From the NCBI GenBank assembly GCA_965208125.1, contig OZ242320.1:2496001-2560000 (forward strand): a stretch of 64,000 nt of DNA, written 5' to 3'. Of this stretch, positions 11,101 to 18,992 are shown in pieces. The notes under the pieces were generated by a model. It saw nothing but the letters and a program-made list of their open reading frames with translations. It searched no databases and had not been told where the DNA came from. Each line of letters begins with the position of its first letter. The stretch's first letter is position 1. This DNA comes from Candidatus Latescibacterota bacterium (GTDB lineage: Bacteria > Latescibacterota > UBA2968). The translations under genes and the position numbers were made by a program.

Positions 11101-11464
11101 CCGATCTGGGGTCATCTTGCAGGGTTTGTCGGGTTTTGGTGAGCTGGTAGTTTTGTCCCAGAGGCCATCGGCGGGGCCATTGCGCGCCGTTGTAGGTGTG
11201 GGGCTGGCGCAGGTTGTCCAGGGTGCGGACCTGGATGGTGGCTTTTGCGGTGTTGCCGTTGTGTGTTGCGATGAGGGTGTAGTCGCCCTGTTTTTGAGGA
11301 GATCGCAGGTAGTAGTAGCGTGCGGTGTCCCGCTCGCACCATCGGGTTGCGATGGTTTCAAAGTGGTCGGCTGTGAGGGCGATGTTGTCGCCGGTTGCTT
11401 GGACGGGCAGGCGGAAGTTGCGGCCGGGAAGGATGACTCTTGGCCGCCAGGGTATGCTGGGCAT
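8165..11464 (-). CDS. Heparinase II/III-like polysaccharide lyase, 1099 aa
   Basis: ESTGGYN, HRHRDLL...TDLGYP...HNTV motifs; N-terminal CPNC/CPHC pair and DDGYGY. Confidence 0.7.
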   Translation of the reverse strand: MPSIPWRPRVILPGRNFRLPVQATGDNIALTADHFETIATRWCERDTARYYYLRSPQKQGDYTLIATHNGNTAKATIQVRTLDNLRQPHTYNGAQWPRRWPLGQNYQLTKTRQTLQDDPRSEHINEKTLAWWSSQPDHILWSQLPPAELPKAHFANCHQGCPNCGTAIFKYSGFYPWERNHLPCDFKSKCPHCAFVYPSNDLTKEDYISGQHADDGYGYFDAEGHIYLFAATYHRDQCRAYHAGINALTDSLRAGDRDEERTRKLGLMLLRYATEELYLAAVPQFRYGPSKSVEEPWEWGQPDWAEETDPVAALSRKGSIRYSIDTPYLIESLALAYDTAWPFLKEDTQLVERAQAFGLSLQSPEDTCLLIEEMLAALLQVTLDRGAGSNLPRESQGVLILLRCLDRADAQNVMDWVYDEGPDTLRVFTTNDILPDGTPQESTGGYNAIHSDGLFDLEYDLRNLRIQQPEAYPESLYPSLFNDPRGARVPQALCEITMIGKSYFQFGDGSAPGSAGIQTEDSIRLENDLYHAPMNPSVLERAIAFTNDPHIKEIQSAVKNKQHRAIGPTILDSVGIAILRTPEAPERAAVGIAYGDTMHHRHRDLLDVQLFAFDRPFLTDLGYPQSWASTSLWEAHWATHNTVWADLPPGEPTSAGRGRLVRALFTDGIQILDIGATRWALDPSGGWRKLDITFRRLIALIETDDEGIALLDLSRIAGGAEHWRTCRGLEGIFQTDNVDLKPQPGTVAGPHIQRTQTDNLPHPDHTALAYMDNVTTAQAPPTFQGTWQSQIEPAVHLDLHQLNTSPNTRIVNARAAQAMGKPEESNYLYHPLLWRRAPDNDTTCIDLVFEPHIGNPTIANTNAIPSHNPTAAGIHLTTAKGKQIALYWAPNANPNDKTQFENGVALTGALAVVADGQISTMGATAFQTAATTLTNPRAQQTGRIIALNRDTCSIDIEGLQGIAAGDRITINPDGRAHSYRIEATEQLDAHIQRLTLDVTSILGRAKVITIENNKIDLGFHIMAKSGNLHGTRLQTETSDDWAVIANAQNAGTWPPGKIRTTIYIDPNNNKLQNLSPGTWVKVVDYAIGDPVLFEPLCRG

Positions 11465-11494
11465 GGTGAGGTCCTTTGGGGTGTGTCGCGTGTT

Positions 11495-13243
11495 TTATTT
11501 TCTCTTATCGCCCGGTTTTCGCACCGGGTATTCATAACGGTCTCCCCTGGCGTCATAGGAGACACTTAGCTGGCCGTTTTCTACAACGAGGCGCGGCGTG
11601 TTTCTGCCCCGGGGGGCATCACGGGTGGAACCGCGCATGACGGCAAATTGGGCTTCGGTCATGCCTTCGACTATATCTTCTCCCCAGCGGTCTTCGGGTT
11701 CGATGACGCCGCCGCGGTAGGAGTGGTGGCGGGAATAGTAACTGAAGAAGATGGACCGGCGGCTGATGTCGGATTTCCAGGGCCAGGCGCCGTGGGTGAG
11801 GACGGTGTCCATAAAGAAGAGGATGTCGCCGGCTTTTGGGACCGGTTGGCGGATGGCGCCCATGTCGTCGTCGCTGGTGCGGATGCCTTCGGGCATGCGA
11901 TAATAGGCTTTGTGGCTTCCCGGGACGCAGACGAACCCACCACCGCCAGGGGTTGTGTCGTGCAATTGCCAGACAGCGCGGACAAATTCGGCATGGCTGC
12001 GGCCGTTCTGGAAGACGTAGCTTCGGGAGGGTATGAGGGGTTCGTTGCCGCCGTGGAGGGAGTGCCCGGTAGAGCCTTTGACCGAACAGAAGGCGGTGGC
12101 CCCGTTGCACCGGTATCCGCTGCCCATCATCCAGTTGAGGCGGCCGATGACGGCCGGGTGGATGAGCATTTTGCGGAAGGGATCGCAATAGGGTTCGGGC
12201 AGGTGGAGAAGGCCGCTGAGGGTGGGGCGTCCGGTGCCCCGGAGGCTTTTGGATCCCCGGGCGAGTTCTTCGCCCACGACAATGCGATCGGAAAATTTGT
12301 CGATGGCTTCGTTGGCCCGTGCCAGCCATTCTTCGTCCATAACATTGCGCACGATGAGGTAGCCGGTGAGATCCCAGAAGTAGAGTTCTTTGTGGTCAAT
12401 GCCAGCGTCGGGGTCGGGTTTGTAAAACGAGGGGTGTATAATGTCCGGCGATTTTTCCAGCCAGGTCTTTTTGCCATCGGTATTGAGGGTTGGCGGCGGG
12501 TCGGTGGTGTCTTTGTATCCGGGGTTGGAGAGGACGGCCACATGTTCGGGCGGCAGATTGGCCATCCATTCCGGTCTGGGTTCTATTTTTGCTCCTGGCC
12601 CATTTGATTGCAGGACAGCGCGGTTGGCATATTCGCAGGCGATGAGACGCTGTGGATTGTGCCCTTTCCAGGGGCGGAGGCCCTGAAGGGTGGTGCCGCC
12701 AATGATGAGCAGGTCGCCAGCTTTGAGTACGGGTTGTTCGACCAGGTCCATGTCGTCTGCACCTGTGAGGAGGTCTTCGGGTGCTTCTACATTGCTTTTG
12801 TGGCTGGCTGGAACCAGGACCACGCCGCCGTCGTCCGCGTTGACATCGCAGAGTGCCCAAATGACGCGTACGCCGTGGCAGACGCGGTAGTGGTTCTGAA
12901 AATAGTAAGCCCGGGCCGTGTCTCTGGGTTCGTTGTTGCCATGTAGCGGGGCATTGGGATCGTCGTCAGCGGCTTCTCCGATCAGGCGGGGTGCTCTGTC
13001 CAGGCGAAAGCCGTGGCCACAGATCTGGTTGAGGTACCAGACCAGTACGGGATGGACCAGAAGGTCGCGGAAGGGGTCCCGCAGCGGAGCGGATAGTGTC
13101 AAGAGATTATCGGTGGGTCCGGCGTCGTCGAGGGTGTTGTTGAGGGTATCGACTTCTTTCGAGGTGAGGGCACCGGGGACGATGATATAGCCTTCGGTGT
13201 CAAAGAAGTAATTCTCTTCATTGGTCATAGATTCGCGGTCCAT
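11495..13243 (-). CDS. Tandem two-domain PhyH-family protein
   Basis: Two repeats: YFFDTEGYIIV...LVPASHK and YFWDLTGYLIV...CVPGSHK...LTHG. Confidence 0.85.
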   Translation of the reverse strand: MDRESMTNEENYFFDTEGYIIVPGALTSKEVDTLNNTLDDAGPTDNLLTLSAPLRDPFRDLLVHPVLVWYLNQICGHGFRLDRAPRLIGEAADDDPNAPLHGNNEPRDTARAYYFQNHYRVCHGVRVIWALCDVNADDGGVVLVPASHKSNVEAPEDLLTGADDMDLVEQPVLKAGDLLIIGGTTLQGLRPWKGHNPQRLIACEYANRAVLQSNGPGAKIEPRPEWMANLPPEHVAVLSNPGYKDTTDPPPTLNTDGKKTWLEKSPDIIHPSFYKPDPDAGIDHKELYFWDLTGYLIVRNVMDEEWLARANEAIDKFSDRIVVGEELARGSKSLRGTGRPTLSGLLHLPEPYCDPFRKMLIHPAVIGRLNWMMGSGYRCNGATAFCSVKGSTGHSLHGGNEPLIPSRSYVFQNGRSHAEFVRAVWQLHDTTPGGGGFVCVPGSHKAYYRMPEGIRTSDDDMGAIRQPVPKAGDILFFMDTVLTHGAWPWKSDISRRSIFFSYYSRHHSYRGGVIEPEDRWGEDIVEGMTEAQFAVMRGSTRDAPRGRNTPRLVVENGQLSVSYDARGDRYEYPVRKPGDKRK

Positions 13244-13410
13244 GTCCGGGTTCTCCTTGAAAGAATAGATGGTGGGTGATGGGGTTTAGTTGATGGCAAA
13301 ATATAGCCTTTGACATGCAGGTGCAAGCCAAATAGATGTTCGCGCTTTTTGAAGGTTGCGTTCCGCGGAGCGTATCGCGTATATTGCGGGACAATCAAGG
13401 AGGAGATATT

Positions 13411-14010
13411 ATGAATGTGGCAGTGATTGGCGCAGACCGTCCCTGGGGTGCGTTGCTGGCGACGGGGTTGGGTGCGGGTTTTGAGGTGGTGGCGATCGGT
13501 TCGGAAGATGTCCGTGATATGGCCGGATACCGACAGGTCGATTTGCTCCAGCGGGAGTCAGTGGATCCGGTGCTGGCGGGCGTAGAGGCTGTTGTGTACG
13601 CGGCGGGCAGCGATCCGATAGGGGATAGCGAACAGGTTCTGCTCGATGTAGCGGCGCGGGGTACTTATGTGGCGCTGACGTCGGCCTGTGCCGCCGGTGT
13701 TGAGAAGGTGGTGCTGTTGAGTTGTCTGGATTTGGTGCGGGATTATCCAGAGGAATATATCGTTGATCCGCGGTGGAATGCGATACCGCGCGCTGAGGCT
13801 GAGGCGCTGGCACCGTTTATGGCAGAGTTGGTGGGGCGAGAGATTGCCCGTACGGGTCAGATCGAGGTGCGTTGTTTGCGCCTTGGTGCGCCGGGTGTGG
13901 AGACGATGGCGGCGGATGCGGTGGCGGCGGTGCGCGATGCGCTTATAGCCGAGCGCGAAGGGCACCACTGGTCGCTGGCGCATGTGGCGTCGAGTGGGCG
14001 TTTTGCTTGA
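13411..14010 (+). CDS. NAD-dependent epimerase/dehydratase-like protein, short and degenerate
   Basis: MNVAVIGA Rossmann start, AAGVEKVVLLS, LRLG; AGGAGG RBS before ATG 13411; no YxxxK. Confidence 0.7.
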   Translation: MNVAVIGADRPWGALLATGLGAGFEVVAIGSEDVRDMAGYRQVDLLQRESVDPVLAGVEAVVYAAGSDPIGDSEQVLLDVAARGTYVALTSACAAGVEKVVLLSCLDLVRDYPEEYIVDPRWNAIPRAEAEALAPFMAELVGREIARTGQIEVRCLRLGAPGVETMAADAVAAVRDALIAEREGHHWSLAHVASSGRFA

Positions 14011-14021
14011 GGGGAAATATT

Positions 14022-14837
14022 ATGGCGACTGTAAATGAGGGCAATGTGGTGTTGTTTGGGGCGGGTGGTCCGGTGGGCGCAGCGGCGATTTCTGCGCTTA
14101 AAGACCACTATACTTTGCGGGTGACCGATCTTCGGCCGATGACGGAGATCGCGGTTTCGCCGCCGCAGAGTTCCCGGGCGCCGGTTCCAGAGGTGTTGGG
14201 TCCGCCGCACGAGAATCGGGTTGTGGATATTACGGATTACGAGCAGGTGCTGGCCGCGTGCGAGGGTATGGATGCGGCGATCAATGTGTCTGTGATTCGG
14301 CCGCATCCGGTGCTGGCTTTTCAGGTGAATATGGTGGGTGCATACAATGTGGCAAAAGCCTGTGTGGCATGTGGGATTAAGCGGCTGATTCACACGGGAC
14401 CTTTTCACACTTCGCTGGATCACAATGCCGATTATTGGCACGATTTTCAATTGGATGCCGATATCCCGCTGCATCCAGGCGATGATCTCTACGCGCTGAC
14501 CAAGTATCTGGGTGGGCAGGTGACACGCGTTTTTGCCGAGCGCGAGGGTCTGGAGGTGCTTGCATTTGTTTATACGCAGTTTCGTCCAGGAGAGGTGTTG
14601 CCCGAAGAATATGGGCGCGGCGCACATCCTTATACGACGTCGTGGGAGGATACGGGTACGGCGTTTTTGTGCGGGCTGCGAGCGCCCGAGATGCCGTCGC
14701 CTTATGAGAATTTTTTTATTTGTGCGCGGCTGCCGCACGATAAGTATCGGCCCGATAAGGCGAAGCGGTTGTTGGGGTGGGAGGCAAGGGATCGATTCGA
14801 GGCGTTGTATGTGCGGCCTTCAGGGGCGGGGGATTAG
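14022..14837 (+). CDS. NAD-dependent epimerase/dehydratase (uronate dehydrogenase-like extended SDR)
   Basis: VVLFGAGGPVG, VNMVGAYNV, YALTK and AKRLLGW motifs. Confidence 0.85.
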   Translation: MATVNEGNVVLFGAGGPVGAAAISALKDHYTLRVTDLRPMTEIAVSPPQSSRAPVPEVLGPPHENRVVDITDYEQVLAACEGMDAAINVSVIRPHPVLAFQVNMVGAYNVAKACVACGIKRLIHTGPFHTSLDHNADYWHDFQLDADIPLHPGDDLYALTKYLGGQVTRVFAEREGLEVLAFVYTQFRPGEVLPEEYGRGAHPYTTSWEDTGTAFLCGLRAPEMPSPYENFFICARLPHDKYRPDKAKRLLGWEARDRFEALYVRPSGAGD

Positions 14838-15380
14838 ACGGCTTTTTCGTATGACTGCCGCAACAAAATCGGTCTTTGCGGCCTGATAGGCTTTTCGGTC
14901 TCCTCGAAGTTTTTCAGATAGATTGCGTTTCAGTTCTTTGTATTCTTCGGCAGTCTTTTGATTCGATCTCAGATAGTCCCGAAATAAGATCAGTTTTTTC
15001 CATTCTTCACTATCTTTTTCGAGCAGGTGGATGTGATGGGTGCATGGCTCGCCTTTTAAAAAATAGTGTCTGCGGGGTATGCCGTTCTCTCCCTTGAAAG
15101 TGTATCCCATTTTACAAAGTGGTTCTATACATATTCTGGCTTCTTCAAAGTCTTTGACAGCGATTGCAATGTCCAGAATTGGCTTGGCAGGCATTCCTAT
15201 AATTGATGTGCTGCCAACATGCTGTATGTCCCCGATATAATCTCCTATTGCTTCTTCAATATCCCTCTTTTCTATCTCGAATAAGAGTTTCCATTCTTTC
15301 CGATAAGGGGAAACGCGCAGCTCCCCACGCTTCAAACCGAGTAAAGGTTGGTTGCTGGGTTCGGATTTCTTACTGCTCAT
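14820..15380 (-). CDS. GrpB/UPF0157 family nucleotidyltransferase-fold protein
   Basis: IQHVGSTSI...AKPILDI, HIHL, FRDYLR and Y..LK motifs. Confidence 0.92.
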   Translation of the reverse strand: MSSKKSEPSNQPLLGLKRGELRVSPYRKEWKLLFEIEKRDIEEAIGDYIGDIQHVGSTSIIGMPAKPILDIAIAVKDFEEARICIEPLCKMGYTFKGENGIPRRHYFLKGEPCTHHIHLLEKDSEEWKKLILFRDYLRSNQKTAEEYKELKRNLSEKLRGDRKAYQAAKTDFVAAVIRKSRLIPRP

Positions 15381-15410
15381 TGGCGTTCATTCCTTTGTTG
15401 TGGGTGGTCG

Positions 15411-17795
15411 TCACTCTTGACGGAGCATTTTAACCGGGTCTTCAGACCAGGCTTTGCCCGCCTGATAGCCCACGATTAATAGGGTGACAATGATGCCTGA
15501 GACTGCTCCGATAATAAAAACGAGGATGCTCTGATTTATTCGGTATGCAAAATTTTGTAGCCATTGCTCCCCGGCATAATAAGCGAGGGGAAGAGCCAAT
15601 ACATAAGCGACTGCGATTAACTTCAGGAACTCTTTTGAAAGCAATGTAAAAATATCTGCGAGATTCGCACCCAGTACTTTGCGGATTCCAATTTCTTTGA
15701 TCCTTTGTTCAACACTGAAATTTGCAAGGCCAAATAGTCCCATACAAGCGACAAAAGAAGCGAGTAGCGTGAAGATTTCAAGGACATTGAATATATTGAT
15801 TTCCTTTAGATAAAATCCTTCGAGACTTTCGCTTAGAAACCAGCTTTCAAAAGGTCGGTTTGGGATGAATTGTTTCCACTTTGACGCCATGAAATCCATC
15901 GTTGATGAGACGTTTTCTCGTCCGATTTTGACTGACAGCCAATTCCATTTTTCCTGCCATTTAAAAATGAAAATTGGTTCTATCTCTTCGTGAAGAGACC
16001 GCAGATGAAAATCGCGTACGACCCCGATTACTGTTCCGCGACGACCAGTAAGAGGCCAGGTAAATTGCTTTCCAACAGGATCTTTCCAGCCCAGTCTTTT
16101 AACAGCCGTCTCGTTGAGAATGAACGCTTCGAAAGAGTCGCTTGCAATATCCTTATTCAGATTTCTTCCGGCTATCACATCGATTTCAAATGTGTCCAAA
16201 AAGTCCTCATCTACCGCCAGATGTCTCATTCTGACCTCTTCGTCATCAAATCCTTCTGGAATGACAAGCTCACGTCCTCCGTCATACCCGAGTGCGATTT
16301 GAGATGCGGCTGCACGGTGAATATTGGGATGTTTGAGAAATTCCTGCTTGATCAATTCATACTTACTTGTGAGGGCGCGGTCTCTTGCAAATAGCGGCGT
16401 CATGACCACCATGTCTTTGTTGAAGCCAAGTTTTTTGTTTTTGATATAATTCAGTTGCTGATAGACACCCCCAGTGCAAATTATGAGGGCGATAGACACA
16501 CAGAATTGAAAGACGATCAGGACTTCTCGCATGCGAACACCTTTTAAGGTGTGTGAGTGCTTGCCACCTAATACCTGTATGGGTTGAAAACTTGACAAAA
16601 AGAAAGCGGGATAGCTTCCAGCGATGAAGCCCATCAGCACGGTAAGGATGATCATTATGAAAAATTCAGAGACGCCAAAACGCAAGTCTATGCCCACAAA
16701 TTGTTCGAATGCTGGCAGGACAAGCTCAATCAGTGAAATTGAAAATAGCAAAGATAGGAGTGATATGAATAGCGATTCACTGAAGAATTGGTTGATTAAT
16801 TGAAGTTTGTGTGCGCCGACGGTTTTGCGAATGCCCACTTCTCTCGCCCTTTTGGCTGAACGCGCGGTTGCCAAATTCATAAAGTTCGCACAAGCGATCA
16901 GAAGAATCAGAGTACCGATTGCAGCAAATAAATAGACATAAGTAATGTCTCCGCCACCTGCTATACCGTAGTCTGAATACGAGTAGAGATAGATCCGGCG
17001 AAAAGGTTGCAGGTGATACGTTGTGTTCGCACGCGTTTCAGGATCAAAATAGCGGGTGGTAAAGTCCGGCAATTTACGCTCTAAATCAGCAGGGGAAGTG
17101 CCTTTGGAAAGCAATACATAAGTTTTGACAGGGCGAAAGGAAGATTTACGCCATATTTCCCAAACCGTTCGCATCATTGGTAAAGAAGGAACTGTAAACG
17201 TCAGAATGTCGAGTTGGAGTGTTGAATGACGAGGCAAATCTTTCAAGATGCCTACTATCTCATAATCTCCCCCTGTGTAGCGACTTTCTACAGTAATTAC
17301 CTTGCCGATAGGATTTTCATTACCAAAATATTTTTGTGCAGTGGATTCTGTAACAACTACAGAAGAAGGATGTTTCAGTGCCTGGTGATCGCCCTTTAGT
17401 AAAGGAAATGTGAATACATTGAAAAAACTATCATCGGCAACACAGAAGTTCTCTTGGAATCCCTTATCTTTGTACCGAACCCACGCATTACGGGTAAAGA
17501 TTCGGGTCATCGCCTCAATTTCGGGGAAGTCGGCTTTGAGAGCAGGGCCTAAAGGTCCCAGCGTGCCATTGCTGAAGTAGGAATCCCCGGTTGTTTTATT
17601 TTTTACCTGTCTCAATACTCTGTAAATGCGGTCTCCGTTGAGATGATGTTGATCAAATCTTATCTCATGTTGTATCCACAGGAGGATCAGGCCACAGCTC
17701 GTCAGGCCGACCGATAGTCCGACTATGTTAATCAGTGAATAAAGTTTGTGATTGCGGATGTTTCGTATGATTATGGTGAGATAATTTTTCCACAT
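15411..17795 (-). CDS. MacB/FtsX-type duplicated ABC permease #1
   Basis: About 800 aa with two periplasmic and two FtsX halves; NFMNLATAR..RAREVGIRK and EIGIRKVLGA motifs. Confidence 0.93.
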   Translation of the reverse strand: MWKNYLTIIIRNIRNHKLYSLINIVGLSVGLTSCGLILLWIQHEIRFDQHHLNGDRIYRVLRQVKNKTTGDSYFSNGTLGPLGPALKADFPEIEAMTRIFTRNAWVRYKDKGFQENFCVADDSFFNVFTFPLLKGDHQALKHPSSVVVTESTAQKYFGNENPIGKVITVESRYTGGDYEIVGILKDLPRHSTLQLDILTFTVPSLPMMRTVWEIWRKSSFRPVKTYVLLSKGTSPADLERKLPDFTTRYFDPETRANTTYHLQPFRRIYLYSYSDYGIAGGGDITYVYLFAAIGTLILLIACANFMNLATARSAKRAREVGIRKTVGAHKLQLINQFFSESLFISLLSLLFSISLIELVLPAFEQFVGIDLRFGVSEFFIMIILTVLMGFIAGSYPAFFLSSFQPIQVLGGKHSHTLKGVRMREVLIVFQFCVSIALIICTGGVYQQLNYIKNKKLGFNKDMVVMTPLFARDRALTSKYELIKQEFLKHPNIHRAAASQIALGYDGGRELVIPEGFDDEEVRMRHLAVDEDFLDTFEIDVIAGRNLNKDIASDSFEAFILNETAVKRLGWKDPVGKQFTWPLTGRRGTVIGVVRDFHLRSLHEEIEPIFIFKWQEKWNWLSVKIGRENVSSTMDFMASKWKQFIPNRPFESWFLSESLEGFYLKEINIFNVLEIFTLLASFVACMGLFGLANFSVEQRIKEIGIRKVLGANLADIFTLLSKEFLKLIAVAYVLALPLAYYAGEQWLQNFAYRINQSILVFIIGAVSGIIVTLLIVGYQAGKAWSEDPVKMLRQE

Positions 17796-17807
17796 GGTGA
17801 GACCTCC

Positions 17808-17852
17808 GTTGACAAATCATTGGAAAGCCCTTAGTGCCACGCAATATGAGAT
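17808..17852. repeat. Scar copy of the HAD-3'/C45-3' junction in the 5' UTR of permease #1
   Basis: gttgacaaatcattggaaagcccttagtgcca------cgcaatatgaga aligns to 24935-24983 with a 6 bp deletion. Confidence 0.8.
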
Positions 17853-17870
17853 CTGCTTAAATAAATATTA

Positions 17871-17989
17871 AGCAAAAACTATGCCAAAAAAGTCAAATAT
17901 TGATATAACAACAGGTTACGAAAATTATCTGAAATTGGCGTCTTATAAAGTGTCCGATTTTGATACAGTGGTGTCCGAAAATGAACACT
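17871..17989 (-). promoter_or_regulatory. Sigma54 promoter module copy 1 (-24/-12, IHF-like site, two enhancer sites)
   Basis: Minus strand TGGCATAGTTTTTGCT at 17871-17886; TAACAAcaggTTA at 17906-17918; TGTCCG..ACA sites at 17951-17967 and 17972-17987. Confidence 0.85.
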
Positions 17990-18003
17990 GAGAGGAGGGG
18001 ATC

Positions 18004-18234
18004 TTGCGAATTTCAGCGATTTCTTTTTTCGTGCAGAGGGCGTGCTGCCCGCTGGAGCAGCTATTACACGTCGGAGATTCTCTGGAACAGGATGTTGCAG
18101 GTGGGGGTGCAGCCGGAGCGCGTACGGTCTGGCTAAATCGCGAAGGTCTGATAAATGACACCGGGATCAAGGCCGATTACGAGATCAGTTCATTGACTGA
18201 CCTGCCCGCAATATTAGGGGTAGGTGGAAGTTGA
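18004..18234 (+). pseudogene. HAD hydrolase copy with a large in-frame internal deletion
   Basis: The first ~8 and last ~66 codons match 24241-24939; 156 codons, including the catalytic DxD, are missing. Confidence 0.9.
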
Positions 18235-18252
18235 CAAATTATTGGTAAGTTC

Positions 18253-18300
18253 TTAGTGCCAGGGCCATGCAATATGAGACCAGTTCCCACAATTGGTCGC
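18253..18300 (-). pseudogene. 3' remnant of the C45 peptidase gene
   Basis: Matches 24958-25005 (encodes ...CGNWSHIAWPWH*). Confidence 0.85.
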
Positions 18301-18332
18301 ATCAGTGTTTGGTTTTCGGTTTGCAATGAAAC

Positions 18333-18920
18333 TTATTCGATTTTTTGACGTCCATTGGAATCATAAAAAGCAAGATGACGTGTCTCATCGTCATAAGAGG
18401 CTGCCCGATTCCACGCTTCCAGAGCTGGCTTCTTTTTTTTCAATAACTGATCCAGAAATAATGTCAAGAAGATGGTCGTTGACGCGGCATTTTGATAATC
18501 CAGAGAGCCTATATAGCATCTCGGATTACTCTTCAAGAATGCGCTTGCCATTGCGTCTGTCCCGCCTACACAACACGTATTCACAACAATTCGATCAGTC
18601 AGATTCGCATGTTTTGCAATACATTCTGGCGGCATGCTCTCGTCCTTTAGCATTGATGTATCAATGCCCTCCATATAATCGCCGAAGACAATCCCATTCT
18701 CATCCCCATGACCGCAGATAATGATGCAGGGAGGCAATTCAGGTTCACGGCTGATGACCTTTAGAAAATCACCCGGTGTTCCGATTCTATAGAATCTGAC
18801 TGTCAGGTTTAGATCTTCGGCAAACATTCGGATTGTATGCGCTTGTTGAAAGTCTGCGATGTTTATTATGCCAATGGGGTTCTGTTTGGCGTAAAATTGA
18901 GTCTCAACCGGATTCCACAT
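18333..18920 (-). CDS. Hypothetical 195 aa protein with caspase/CHAT-like His-Cys motifs, copy A
   Basis: IICGHG and VVNTCC motifs; 24 differences from 26037-26624 by manual alignment; GAGG RBS before ATG 18920. Confidence 0.75.
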   Translation of the reverse strand: MWNPVETQFYAKQNPIGIINIADFQQAHTIRMFAEDLNLTVRFYRIGTPGDFLKVISREPELPPCIIICGHGDENGIVFGDYMEGIDTSMLKDESMPPECIAKHANLTDRIVVNTCCVGGTDAMASAFLKSNPRCYIGSLDYQNAASTTIFLTLFLDQLLKKKKPALEAWNRAASYDDETRHLAFYDSNGRQKIE

Positions 18921-18992
18921 ATTTGTTTTCCTCTCATCAGTAAAAAGTGCGGTCAAACCAGCACTATTATGCCGTTTTCCCCGATTCCCTGT

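Noticed and set aside
8224-12946. Long alternative ORFs such as 8489-9901(+), 10585-11565(-) and 11648-12607(+)
   Set aside because: Antisense or off-frame shadows of well-supported GC-rich genes, with no recognisable motifs.
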